Assembly: GCA_963823165.1 (NCBI GenBank)
Contig: CAWGKV010000040.1
Location: 246,877-310,876 of the forward strand
Origin: an uncultured Alphaproteobacteria bacterium
GTDB taxonomy: Bacteria; Pseudomonadota; Alphaproteobacteria; Rhizobiales; Beijerinckiaceae
Reading direction: 5' to 3'
Length of the DNA: 64,000 nt
Shown here: positions 1 through 9,492 of the stretch, piece by piece
Layout: every line of letters begins with the position of its first letter
How positions within the stretch are numbered: the first letter of the stretch is position 1
The notes under the pieces: generated by a model
The model's database searches: none
The model's input: the letters and a program-made list of their open reading frames with translations, nothing else
What the model was told of the DNA's origin: nothing
Made by a program: the position numbers and the translations under genes

Positions 1-492
1 CCGTGGAAGGCTTTCGACCGGCTCATGAGCGTCAATGTCGCCGGGCTCTTTGCGTTGACGCGAGACCTCGCTCCGATGCTCGCGGCTTCGGCGAGCGCGG
101 AGCGGCCCTCGACCGTCGTCAACATCGGCTCGGTGATGGGCAGCGTCACCCAGTCCGAGAACTCTTGGGCCTATTCCGCCTCCAAGGCCGCAGTGCATCA
201 CCTGACGCGGATCCTCGCGGCCGAATTCGCGCCACGGCAGGTGACGGTCAACGCCATCGCGCCCGGACCGTTTCCGACCAACATGACGCGCTTCGCCCTG
301 GGGGAAGAATCCGGAGCGTCGCGTGGGGCGCGCGCGGTCCCGATGGGGCGGCTCGGCCGGCCCGAGGACATCGCCGGGACGCTTTTGTTCCTGGCGGGGC
401 GCGGGGGCGCTTACACGACCGGAGCGATCGTGCCGGTCGACGGCGGGATCAGCATTTCGGCGCCGCCAGCGATGTTCGGGGGAGTGGAATGA
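1..492 (+). CDS. Short-chain dehydrogenase/reductase (SDR), 5' end lies outside the window
   Basis: Frame 1 is open from base 1. It has the catalytic YxxxK (YSASK), VNAIAPGPFPT and the C-terminal TTGAIVPVDGG motif typical of SDRs. Confidence 0.9.
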   Translation, partial: PWKAFDRLMSVNVAGLFALTRDLAPMLAASASAERPSTVVNIGSVMGSVTQSENSWAYSASKAAVHHLTRILAAEFAPRQVTVNAIAPGPFPTNMTRFALGEESGASRGARAVPMGRLGRPEDIAGTLLFLAGRGGAYTTGAIVPVDGGISISAPPAMFGGVE

Positions 493-969
493 GAGCTTCA
501 GCCCGACTCCCGCACTATTCTCGCCAATGACCTTCATCACCAAGTCGGCCAGACTTTTGTTTCGCATTGGTTCGTCGTCGACCAGGACCGCGTCGACGCC
601 TTCGCCAAGGTCACCGAGGATGAGCAGTTCATCCATGTCGACCCAGTTGAGGCGAGCAAGACGCCGTTCGGCGGCACGGTCGCGCACGGGTTTTTGACCT
701 TGTCGCTGCTCTCCCCGATGGCCTACAGCGCGTTGCCGAGGATCAAGGGCATTGCGATGGGCGTCAACTACGGCTTCGACCGGGTGCGCTTCCTCCATCC
801 CGTCCGCGCTGGCAGCCGGGTGCGCGGCCATTTCCTGCTGGCGGCGGTCATCAAGCGGTTGGAGCGCGAGTGGCAGCTGACCTATGACCTGACGGTCGAA
901 ATCGAGGGCGTCCACAAGCCGGCGCTGGCGGCGACCTGGCTGACGCTGCAGGTGACGGAGGCGCCTTGA
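489..969 (+). pseudogene. MaoC-family (R)-enoyl-CoA hydratase with an out-of-frame start (frameshift or sequencing indel)
   Basis: Frame 1 from 493 reads ...SHWFVVDQDRVDAFAKVTEDEQFIHVDP...AHGFLTLSL...VNYGFDRVRFLHPV, the MaoC hydratase motif. The only RBS-backed ATG (489, overlapping the SDR stop) is out of frame. Confidence 0.8.
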
Positions 970-1277
970 CGGCCGCATTCCATTCCCTGGCGTGGCTACG
1001 GCATTCGCATCTCAGGTCGCGGGTAGATGTCGTTCGTCGATGGCTTCGCCGCTTCGCTCAAGCGACAGCGGCCGGAGCCGGGGCCGGTAGCTCCGGCCGC
1101 GTCCTCGCGTCGTATGATTACAAGGAGACTGCAGAGCGGCGAGGCCAGGGTATTGCGCGATGCCGGAAGCCACTTGGCCCTTTGCCTCGCGGCGGAGATC
1201 AGATGAGAGTTGCAGAACGGGGCGCCAATCCGGAGAGGTGAGCCAATTGAAGTCGGTCAGGAATTTCATCGCAAGCC

Positions 1278-2002
1278 GTGTCTGACGCCGCGACCCGGCG
1301 CAGAAGACGGCAATCGGCCTGACGGCGCAATCCTACGATAAGCAGTACTACAAGGAGCATGCAGACGCCGGCTTGGACTACCTGAAGTACGCCCATTGGC
1401 AGAAATCCTACGGGGCGATGGTCAGCGAAGCGACGCTGCAATCGACATATCCGGACCCCTTCGTGGTCGACGCGGGATGCGCCTGCGGGTCGGTCCTGAA
1501 AGGGTTCAAGGACTTGTCGATCTACAAGAAGGCGCTCGGCGTCGATCTCTCGAGTCACATGGTCGGGCTCGGCCGCAGGCATTTCGGTTATTTGGAAAGC
1601 GAGCTCGTCGCGGGTTCAATCGCCAGCATCCCGGTGAAATCGGGAAGCGTCAGCCTGCTGCACTCGGCGCAAGTGCTGGAGCACGTCCCCGACGCGCTGA
1701 TCGATCCGATCCTCGACGAGTTCGCGCGGGTGTTGCGGCCGGGAGGGCGGGCGTTCCTATGCCTCGACGCATTGCGCCACGGCGAGACCAAGGAGATATA
1801 CATGGGCGATCCGACCCATGTGAACATTCAGCCCGTGCTCTATTGGACGCGAAAATTGCAGAGCCGCGGTCTCTACTTCGACATCGAAGCCTACAACCGC
1901 TTCGCGCGCTCACGATGCGGCCCCACCCGGCGCGATCGGCGGTCCTTTTTCGAAACCTATCCCCATTGGAGCGCCTGGACGCTGATCCGGGTGGAGACCT
2001 AG
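1278..2002 (+). pseudogene. Class I SAM-dependent methyltransferase, probable 1-bp deletion near the start
   Basis: Motif I VVDAGCACG, plus SAQVLEHV and RVLRPGG. The coding frame is open from 1286 (AQSYDKQYYKEHADAGLDYL). GTG at 1278 joins it if one C is added to the CCC run at 1294-1296. Confidence 0.75.
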
Positions 2003-2165
2003 CGCAAGCAAGCCGACGACCGGGGCCTGGCGTGAAAGCGGCCCCTAGTTCGGCGCCGAGGAACTCTCCGGCAATCCCATATTTCGATTGAAACGCACAC
2101 TGCGCCATGCTCTCAAAATTCGCCCGGCGCCGCAAAAATAGAGCGACGGGTGGGAGGGCCTTTCA

Positions 2166-2948
2166 ATGGCGGGCGATTTCGATCTCTCGGGGCGTACGGC
2201 GATCGTCACGGGTGGTAACGGTGGGATCGGCCTCGGCATGGCCAAGGCCCTAGCGCGCGCCGGCTGCGCGGTCTCCATCTGGGGCCGCAACGAGGAGAAG
2301 AACCGCGCCGCGCTAGCCGCGCTCGCTGCATGCGGCGCGCCGGTCGAGGCGCAGACCTGCGACGTCACCGACCGCGGGGCAATCGAGGACGCTTTTGCCA
2401 AAACCCTGCGAGCCTTCGGCCGGGTCGACGGTTGTTTCGCCAATGCGGGCATTGGCGGGGAGGGCCGAACAGCCTTCCTCGACCGCAGCGAGGACGATTG
2501 GCGGCGCATGTTCGCGACCAATCTCGACGGCGTCTTCCATGTCTTCCGCGCCGCGCTCCGCCACATGGTCGAGCGAGCCGAAGGCGGCGACCGGTTCGGC
2601 CGCCTGGTCGCGACGTCGAGCATCGCCTCGCGCTACGGCGTGGCGCGCAACGAGCATTACGCCGCGACAAAGGCGGCGCTGAACGCGCTGACGCGCGCCC
2701 TCGCGGTCGAGCATGCCCGCTACAGCGTCACCGCCAACGCGATTCTGCCGGGCTGGATCGAGACCGAGATGACGGAGGGCGCAATGGGCAACGAAAAGTT
2801 CGTCGCCAATATGAAGCCGCGCATTCCGTTGCGGCGCTTCGGCGCCCCTTCGGATTTCGGCGGGATCGCCGTCTATCTGATGAGCGGCCTGTCGTCCTAT
2901 CACACCGCCGACTGCCTGGTGATCGACGGCGGCTTCAGCGCGTTCTGA
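2166..2948 (+). CDS. SDR oxidoreductase
   Basis: TGGNGGIG nucleotide-binding motif, NAG, YAATK, ANAILPGWIET, IDGG. Confidence 0.92.
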   Translation: MAGDFDLSGRTAIVTGGNGGIGLGMAKALARAGCAVSIWGRNEEKNRAALAALAACGAPVEAQTCDVTDRGAIEDAFAKTLRAFGRVDGCFANAGIGGEGRTAFLDRSEDDWRRMFATNLDGVFHVFRAALRHMVERAEGGDRFGRLVATSSIASRYGVARNEHYAATKAALNALTRALAVEHARYSVTANAILPGWIETEMTEGAMGNEKFVANMKPRIPLRRFGAPSDFGGIAVYLMSGLSSYHTADCLVIDGGFSAF

Positions 2949-2951
2949 GCC

Positions 2952-3821
2952 TCAGCGCCCGATCTTCGCCAGGCTGACCGGCGGGACCGAATCGTCCGGC
3001 ACGAAGAAGTCGGGTGCGAGGTCGACCGTCGGATCGACGCGATATCGGTCGAAGTCGCGCAGGCCGTTGTCGAACAAGAACGTGTCGTCGATCAGGAAGT
3101 TGCCGCTGAAGCTCTTGGCGTCCTTGAGGAAGATCATGCGCGCCGCGTCGGCCAGGATGCCGGGCGTGCGCGAGGCGCGCATCAGCGCGTCCCCGCCGAG
3201 CAAGTTCTTGACCGCCGCGGTCGCGATCGTCGTGCGCGGCCAGAGCGCGTTCACGGCGATGCCCCGGCTGCGCAACTCGCCGGCGAGGCCGAGCACGACG
3301 AGGCTCATGCCGTATTTCGCCATCGAATAAGCGGTGTGGCCGGCGAACCACTTCTCCTTCAGCTCGAGCGGCGGCGACAGCGTCAGGATATGCGGGTTGT
3401 CGGATTTCTGGAGCAGCGGCACGGCGAATTTCGACGTCATGAAGGTTCCGCGCGCGTTGATCTGATGCATGAGATCGAAGCGCTTCATGTCGGTCGCCTG
3501 CGAATTCGTCAGCGAAATGGCGCTCGCGTTGTTGACCACGATGTCGAGGCCGCCGAACGTCTCGGCCGTCTTTTCGAGCCCCGCCCGCACCTGCGCTTCG
3601 TCGCGGACGTCGACGACCAGCGGCAGCGCCTTGCCGCCGGACTTCTCGATCTCCTCCGCGGCGGAATAGATCGTGCCGGGCAGCTTCGGATTGGGCTCCG
3701 CCGTTTTGGCGGCGATGGCGACGTTCGCGCCGTCGCGCGCCGCAGCGAGGCCGATCGCCAGCCCGATGCCGCGCGAGGCGCCGGTGATGAACAGGGTCTT
3801 GCCGGAGAGCGTGGGCGCCAT
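2952..3821 (-). CDS. SDR oxidoreductase, HSDL2-like
   Basis: TGASRGIG, NNASA, YSMAK, NALWPRTTIATAA. The start was set at MAPTLSGK. Confidence 0.9.
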   Translation of the reverse strand: MAPTLSGKTLFITGASRGIGLAIGLAAARDGANVAIAAKTAEPNPKLPGTIYSAAEEIEKSGGKALPLVVDVRDEAQVRAGLEKTAETFGGLDIVVNNASAISLTNSQATDMKRFDLMHQINARGTFMTSKFAVPLLQKSDNPHILTLSPPLELKEKWFAGHTAYSMAKYGMSLVVLGLAGELRSRGIAVNALWPRTTIATAAVKNLLGGDALMRASRTPGILADAARMIFLKDAKSFSGNFLIDDTFLFDNGLRDFDRYRVDPTVDLAPDFFVPDDSVPPVSLAKIGR

Positions 3822-4129
3822 GGCAATTTCCAAAGTGGTTGACGTCGCGATCCATGGCGCCGGGAACCTAAGGGCGCAAGTCCCGAAGCCGCCTTCAGCG
3901 CCTCATTCCGTCTTGGCGAGGGGCTGGCGTCGCATCCGCGATGCGACCCGCCCACGACGGCGCCTTGTGGGTCGCAGGTTCAAATCCTCCGCGCGCGACT
4001 GCGTCCCATTGGACCTGTTCGGCTTATGATCTCCTCAATTTTGTCTGTTGGCGGTCCTCCATTCCCTGCGTAGCCTCCTGCTTCGGCTAGCGCCAATAAG
4101 ACAAATGAAAGAATAATGGGACACGCCGC

Positions 4130-4267
4130 ATGACCATTATAGCCATTGCTCTCGGCAGCCTCGGCATCGTCTCCTCCATTATCGTCTGGTCGGCCTGCGC
4201 TTTTGCGCCGCTGCCAGCCGACCCTCCGGAGCCATCGACAGTTCGACCGGCGCCGCCGCCGGCTTGA
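4130..4267 (+). CDS. Putative 45-aa small membrane protein (below the ORF-track cutoff)
   Basis: Hand translation gives MTIIAIALGSLGIVSSIIVWSACAFAPLPADPPEPSTVRPAPPPA: one hydrophobic helix and a Pro-rich tail. A GGGA lies upstream. Confidence 0.4.
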   Translation: MTIIAIALGSLGIVSSIIVWSACAFAPLPADPPEPSTVRPAPPPA

Positions 4268-4345
4268 TCCCTGTCGAGCGGCCCCGAGCGTCTCCTCGGG
4301 CGCCCTCCGCGTGATTGCACGAGGCTGTCGTGCTACCGAACGGCC

Positions 4346-6103
4346 ATGACCGTCCGCCGCCTCGCCGCCATTCTCGCCGCCGACGTCGTCGGCTATTCCC
4401 GCATGATGGGCGAGGACGAGGAGGGCACGGCGAAATCGGTGCGTGAGAGCCGTGAGGCCGCGGCGCCTATCATCGCCGCGCACGGCGGGCGCTTGTTCAA
4501 GACGATGGGGGACGGCTTCCTGGCGGAGTTCGCGTCCGTCGTTTCGGCAGTGGAATGCGCGCTGGCGCTGCAGGCGGAGACGGCGCGGTTGAACCAGGGC
4601 GCGGCGGAGACCAAACGCCTCCGCTACCGGATGGGGATCCATCTCGGCGACGTTCTGGTCGAGGGGGACGACCTCGTCGGCGACGGCGTCAATATCGCGG
4701 CGCGGCTCGAACAGATCGCCGCGCCCGGAGGCCTCTGCATCTCGAGGACGGCTTACGAGAACGTGCAGGGACGGCTCGAGGCGCGGATGACGGACCTCGG
4801 CGAGAAGGCGCTGAAGAACATCGCCCACACCGTCCGCGTCTACGCCGTCGCCGCTGGCCGGGACCTTGAGCAGCATCCGGCCGCTGGGACGAAGAGCGGA
4901 CCGCAGCGGCTTTCGCTGGTGGTGCTTCCGTTCGCCAATCTCGGCGGCGGCGCCGAGCAGGAATATTTCGTCGACGGGATCACCGAAAGCCTGACCACCG
5001 ACCTGTCGCGCATCTCGGGCGCCTTCGTCATCGCCCGCAACACGGCCTTCACCTACCGGGCGAAGCCGGTCGACGTGCGTGAGATCGGCCGCGACCTCAA
5101 CGTGCGCTATGCGCTCGAGGGCAGCGTGCAGCGCAGCGGCGAGCGCATGCGCGTCAACGTGCAGCTGATCGACGCCGAGACCGGCGCGCATCTCTGGGCC
5201 GAGCGTTTCGACAAGCCGGTCGCCGAGCTGTTCGACATGCAGGACGAGATCGTCGCGCGCATCGCCAATGCGTTCAGCGCGCAGATCGTCAGAGTCGAGG
5301 CCCGCCGGGCCGAAAAGGCGTCGGACCCCGACCTCCTCGACTACTGGTTCCGCGGTTTGGACTGGATTGGCAAAGGCATCAACCCGGAGTCGCTGGCGAA
5401 GGCGCATGAATGCTTCGAACAGGCGCACGCGATCGATCCGAACAATGTCAATGCGATCGTCGGCCTCGTCTTCGCCGAGGTGATCGCAATTCCGATGCGG
5501 GTGTTCGAGCGCGCTTCCGAAAGCCTCGCCTCGGCGGAGGCGCTGATATTGCAGGCGCTCGCCGCGGAGCCCGGGAACGCCATGGCGCGCTATTGCCTCG
5601 GACTGATCCTATTGTTCTCCAGACGCCCCGAGCAGGCGATCGCCGAACTGGAGCGAGCGCTGGCGGTCGACCGCAACCTTGCTTTCGCCCACGCCCAGAT
5701 CGGCTTCGCCAAGGCCGTGCTCGGCCGGGCCGAAGAGACGGAGGGGCATGTGATGGAGGCGATGCGGCTGAGCCCGCGCGACAGCGGCGCCTATGTCTGG
5801 TGCGATTTCCTCGCCGTCGCCAAAATCATGCTCGGGCAGGAGGCGGAGGCGCTCGATTGGTGCCGCAGGGCGGTCGATACGAACCGCGGGTATCCGATGG
5901 CGCATTTTCACTATTCGGCGGCTCTCGCACTTTGCGGACGAAAGGAGGACGCCTCGCGCGAAGTCAGGGAAGGGCTCAGGCTCACGCCGGACTTCACCGT
6001 CGACCGCTACCGGAAGGCCGCGCTCAGCGACAATCCGAGCTATCTCGCGCAGCGCGAGCGCATCCTCGAGGGCATGCGGCTTGCGGGCGCGCCGAGCAAG
6101 TGA
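4346..6103 (+). CDS. Class III adenylate/guanylate cyclase with TolB-like linker and TPR repeats
   Basis: AILAADVVGYSR, KTMGDG and GDGVNIAARL cyclase motifs; LSLVVLPFANL...EYFVDGITE TolB-like segment; helical repeat C-terminus. Confidence 0.93.
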   Translation: MTVRRLAAILAADVVGYSRMMGEDEEGTAKSVRESREAAAPIIAAHGGRLFKTMGDGFLAEFASVVSAVECALALQAETARLNQGAAETKRLRYRMGIHLGDVLVEGDDLVGDGVNIAARLEQIAAPGGLCISRTAYENVQGRLEARMTDLGEKALKNIAHTVRVYAVAAGRDLEQHPAAGTKSGPQRLSLVVLPFANLGGGAEQEYFVDGITESLTTDLSRISGAFVIARNTAFTYRAKPVDVREIGRDLNVRYALEGSVQRSGERMRVNVQLIDAETGAHLWAERFDKPVAELFDMQDEIVARIANAFSAQIVRVEARRAEKASDPDLLDYWFRGLDWIGKGINPESLAKAHECFEQAHAIDPNNVNAIVGLVFAEVIAIPMRVFERASESLASAEALILQALAAEPGNAMARYCLGLILLFSRRPEQAIAELERALAVDRNLAFAHAQIGFAKAVLGRAEETEGHVMEAMRLSPRDSGAYVWCDFLAVAKIMLGQEAEALDWCRRAVDTNRGYPMAHFHYSAALALCGRKEDASREVREGLRLTPDFTVDRYRKAALSDNPSYLAQRERILEGMRLAGAPSK

Positions 6104-6128
6104 GCCCCGCCGGCGCGGTCCTGCTCCG

Positions 6129-6359
6129 CTAGCCCGACGGACCGTCGTCCTCGAAGGCGGGCGGATGCGGCGTGTCGTCGGGCTCCAGGCTCTCCACTGA
6201 CTCGTTTTCTTCCGCCGGACTTTCCTTTTCGATGTCGACCGGTTCGTCGCTGATGAGCTTCGCCGGCTCGTCAACGCTCTCATCGTACGAATGACAGCGC
6301 CCTTTCCGGGGCGCTTCGTTTCCCGTTTCGTCGTTCCGGGGCCATGGCTGCGTCGTCAT
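6129..6359 (-). CDS. Hypothetical acidic, probably disordered 76-aa protein
   Basis: The ORF is very D/E-rich and has AAGGTG upstream of the ATG. No recognisable domain. Confidence 0.35.
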   Translation of the reverse strand: MTTQPWPRNDETGNEAPRKGRCHSYDESVDEPAKLISDEPVDIEKESPAEENESVESLEPDDTPHPPAFEDDGPSG

Positions 6360-6771
6360 GCCAAATCACCTTGCGATTGGCCTGCCTCGAGCGTTGCTCG
6401 AGCATAGGCGCTTCGTCGCCGAAAGTCTCGACCGGTACGCCAGCTCCGCCATTGAACTCGCCCTCCAGACGCATGATTTCATGCTGCCTGAGCCGCAGGA
6501 TCACGCTAATAGCCCGCAGCAGCGTCGACGTGGGCGGGAGCATTCGAGACGGTCACGCCAGCGGCGACGCCGCAGCTTATCGTGACGGCCACAAGAAGAA
6601 CCAGAAGTGCACGCAACTTTGCCTCCAACTCGGCCCCCTCGTGCGGCCGATGCGGCGGGTTATGGCACGGTCGCGCGGAACGCGATGTGAGCAGCGTCAC
6701 TTTGCGCCGCCCCCGCCAAAGCGGGGTCAAGCGTCCGCACCGGGAGCGTGCAAAGACACGAAGCAGCGGTT

Positions 6772-6798
6772 CTGGATGCCCGCTTTCGCGGGCATGAC
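6772..6798. repeat. REP-like palindrome CTGGATGCCCGCTTTCGCGGGCATGAC
   Basis: Perfect 8-bp stem ATGCCCGC/GCGGGCAT with a TTTC loop, just downstream of the SDR stop. Confidence 0.65.
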
Positions 6799-6810
6799 AA
6801 TGGTTTCGTG

Positions 6811-7563
6811 CTACCCCCGGCCGACGAACGGCATCTTGGTCGCCATGATCGTCATCGTGAGGATGTTGGTCGAGAGCGGCAGGCTCGCCATGTGGACGAC
6901 CGCGGCTGCGACTTCCTCGACATCCATCATCGGCTCGACTGCGATCCGCCCGTCCGCCTGCGGCACGCCCTTGGTCATCTTGTAGGCCATTTCGGTCAGC
7001 GCATTGCCGATGTCGATCTGGCCGCAGGCTATGTCGTGCGCGCGCCCGTCGAGAGCGATCGACTTCGTGAGCCCGGTGACCGCGTGCTTCGTCGCCGTAT
7101 AGGGGGCGGAGAAGGGGCGCGGCGCATGGGCGGAGATCGAGCCGTTGTTGATGATCCGCCCGCCGCGAGGGTCCTGCCGCTTCATGAGAGCGAATGCGCC
7201 CTGGGCGCAAAGGAACGCGCCGTTGAGATTGGCGTCGACCACCGCCTTCCATTGCGTATAGGTGAGTTCATCGAGCGGCACGGCGGGCGCGTTCTGGCCC
7301 GCGTTGTTGAACAGAAGGTCGAGCCGGCCGAACTCCTGCTCGATCGTCGCGAACAGCCTCTTCACCGCTTCCGGATCGCCGACGTCGCAGGGCGCGGCGA
7401 TCGCCCGCCGGCCGAGGGCCGAGATCTCGCGCGCCGTCTCCTCCAGCTTCTCGCGCCGGCGCGCGGCCAGCGCCACATGCCAGCCGGCGCGCGCCAGCGC
7501 CAACGCCGTCGCCCTGCCGATCCCGGCCCCGGCCCCCGTCACAAGCGCAAAACGATCGCCCAT
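6811..7563 (-). CDS. SDR oxidoreductase
   Basis: [31 protein letters not shown]. Confidence 0.92.
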   Translation of the reverse strand: MGDRFALVTGAGAGIGRATALALARAGWHVALAARRREKLEETAREISALGRRAIAAPCDVGDPEAVKRLFATIEQEFGRLDLLFNNAGQNAPAVPLDELTYTQWKAVVDANLNGAFLCAQGAFALMKRQDPRGGRIINNGSISAHAPRPFSAPYTATKHAVTGLTKSIALDGRAHDIACGQIDIGNALTEMAYKMTKGVPQADGRIAVEPMMDVEEVAAAVVHMASLPLSTNILTMTIMATKMPFVGRG

Positions 7564-7576
7564 CGGTTCCTCCGCT

Positions 7577-8452
7577 TCAAAAGACCTGCTCGCGCGCAAG
7601 GTCCGGCGCCATGCGCCAGAGCGCAGCGCCGAGGACGACCGCCCCGCCGAAAAGGCTCGCCGCGCCGGGGTTTTCGCCGAAGGCAAGAAACACCCAGACG
7701 GGCGCGAGCACAACGTCGAGCAGGCTGATGAGGCCCGCTTCGGCCGAGGGGATGAGCTTGGCCCCCTCCATGAACAGGACGAACGAGAGGCCGATCGTGG
7801 TCAGGCCGAAGACGAACAGCACGGCGAAGTCGGTGGCGGCGAGCGGCGGGTGGGGCGAGTTGATCAGGCCGAAGAGTCCCGAGCCGAGCGCGCCGATCGC
7901 ATTGACGGCGATCATCGAGGCTTTCGGCTGGCGGCGCTGCAGGACGACCATGCCGGCGAAGGCGAGGGTCATCAGGGCGCTCAGCCCCTGGCCGAGGAGC
8001 CGGCCCGAGCCGAGGCCGTTGGCGAAGATCACGACGATGCCGGCGAGCGCGACGGCCGAGGCGCCGAGCGTTCGCCGCGAGACGCGCTCGCGGTTGACGA
8101 GCCAGCCGATCGCCGCCGCGACGAAGGGCAAGGTCGCGTATATGACCATGACGTCGGCGATGGTCGTCGTCATAACCGAGGCGGTATAGGCGGAGATGGC
8201 GATCATCGCGAGCAGCGCGACCATCGGCGAGAGGGGCCCGAAGCCGAACGGATTGTCGAGCCGGCCGCGCCGCCACTCGATGACGCCGACGACCGAGATC
8301 GAGGCCGAGCCGAGCAGCGCCCGCCAGCCGAGCACCGTCCACACGTCGAGATGCGCGAGCAGCCGGGCGAATACGCCCGCCAGGCTCCACAGCACGGTCG
8401 CTATCAGCACCAGAATGACGCCGCGCCGGCGCGCAGACCTTTCGCCCGGCAC
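7577..8452 (-). CDS. DMT/EamA-family inner-membrane transporter
   Basis: About 10 hydrophobic segments in two repeats, with LVNRERV and FLAFGENPG turns. GGAG RBS before GTG 8452. Confidence 0.88.
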   Translation of the reverse strand: MPGERSARRRGVILVLIATVLWSLAGVFARLLAHLDVWTVLGWRALLGSASISVVGVIEWRRGRLDNPFGFGPLSPMVALLAMIAISAYTASVMTTTIADVMVIYATLPFVAAAIGWLVNRERVSRRTLGASAVALAGIVVIFANGLGSGRLLGQGLSALMTLAFAGMVVLQRRQPKASMIAVNAIGALGSGLFGLINSPHPPLAATDFAVLFVFGLTTIGLSFVLFMEGAKLIPSAEAGLISLLDVVLAPVWVFLAFGENPGAASLFGGAVVLGAALWRMAPDLAREQVF

Positions 8453-8865
8453 AGGGAACTCCGTTTGGCATGGGATTCGTCGGCGATGATAGGGGCTCGT
8501 GGCCGTTATGCCAAACCGGAGAGCGCCGCCAGGTTTCAAGAAATGAGATCCTGTTTCAAATCCGCCTCCATCCTGCTGAGGCGCCCCGAAACGGGCCTCG
8601 ACAGCGGCGGCCAACCCGAGCGTCGCCGTAAGGCGAAGAATCGCGCCGAGGTCGCCATCAAAGCGCAAACGGCGATCGGGCCGGCGCGGAGTGGTCAGAC
8701 GTGAGTTTGCCAAGATACCGGCTCCTCATTGGCCGTCGGGAGGCTGTCAGGCCAGTGCAGCCTGGCGGCCGCGTGCTGCGTTTGTCCGAGCGCGAGCGAA
8801 TCCAGAGGATTGGGCGTGAAAAACTGTCGGCGACGGCTTACCCCTCCCGTTTCTCAAAGGCGCAC

Positions 8866-9093
8866 GAGAGGAGCAAGGGTGTTCGCCGGGCGGAGCGCCG
8901 CGGGCTTTGGCTCCCGCCTGCGAGCCGGCGGAATGTCTTTGAACGCAGCGGGAAGGCGGACGGCCGCCCGGGGAAGGAAACCGCGCGCCCGGGGGAAGCC
9001 AAAGGAACGCCAGGGGAAGCAAAAGGAACGCCAGGGGAAGCCAGATCCGTTCACCATTCTCGCCTTTTCAGTGACTTACACCAGATGTGGAGA
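8866..9093. repeat. Dispersed ~225-bp repeat, copy 1, with internal 21-bp tandem units
   Basis: About 85% identical by manual alignment to 53989-54213. Contains GGGGAAGCMAAAGGAACGCCA twice plus a partial third unit (8992-9042). Confidence 0.9.
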
Positions 9094-9261
9094 TGTGGCT
9101 TCGGCGGTTGCGCGTTTCAAAAATTCTTCATCGACCCCGTGCGGTCGATCAAGGTCAATAATCAACATCTCAGCGCCGTCCTTCCCTTCGTGCGCAATAC
9201 TAAAGGCTGCCACGAAGCCATCGCCGCGCGAGGTCGGGGTGGGCGCCAGGGGAGCGGACAA
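9076..9261 (-). CDS. Putative 61-aa SOS-controlled ORF ending inside the repeat (...SPHLV)
   Basis: GGAG-N7-TTG start, downstream of a TTGACA/LexA-box promoter. No recognisable domain. Confidence 0.3.
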   Translation of the reverse strand: MSAPLAPTPTSRGDGFVAAFSIAHEGKDGAEMLIIDLDRPHGVDEEFLKRATAEATSPHLV

Positions 9262-9287
9262 GGGAGGTCTCCGGAGCGGGTATCTTA

Positions 9288-9323
9288 GAACAAACAATGA
9301 ACATAGCTGGACCTCTTTGTCAA
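9288..9323 (-). promoter_or_regulatory. Sigma70-type promoter overlapped by an alphaproteobacterial LexA box
   Basis: GTTC-ATTGTTT-GTTC on the minus strand (9302-9288), an exact GTTC-N7-GTTC. Perfect -35 TTGACA at 9323-9318, with CATTGT 18 nt downstream. Confidence 0.7.
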
Positions 9324-9492
9324 CAGATTTTCTTCGGCCTTGTGCCCGCGCCTTTCCGCGGGCGGGCCGGGGATACGCTACTCAGCGCCAAAGACTGCCC
9401 TTTTCGCGGACCCCCGCCGCGGCCATTCGGGATGCGATATTATAGTTGACAAACCCAGCGCAAGGTGTATGGTCAAGTGAGGGATTTGGGTT

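Noticed and set aside
966-1269. ORFs 966-1241 (+) and 1012-1269 (-)
   Set aside because: No domain, no convincing RBS, and competing frames; cannot be supported.
3940-4000. Complete tRNA gene
   Set aside because: Only a T-arm-like 19-mer is present; no cloverleaf can be folded.
6280-6640. ORFs 6280-6543, 6358-6585 and a hydrophobic stretch ending at 6506
   Set aside because: The frames are mutually overlapping and stop-interrupted; at best a degraded gene remnant.
8992-9042. 21-bp tandem repeats as a mini-CRISPR array
   Set aside because: The units are contiguous with no spacers, there are only about 2.5 copies, and no cas genes are present.
8854-9057. ORFs MVNGSGFPWRSF... (8854-9057) and MNGFGFPWRSF... 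(53968-54174) as a repeat-encoded peptide family
   Set aside because: The frames diverge after a 1-bp indel between copies, so coding is not conserved.
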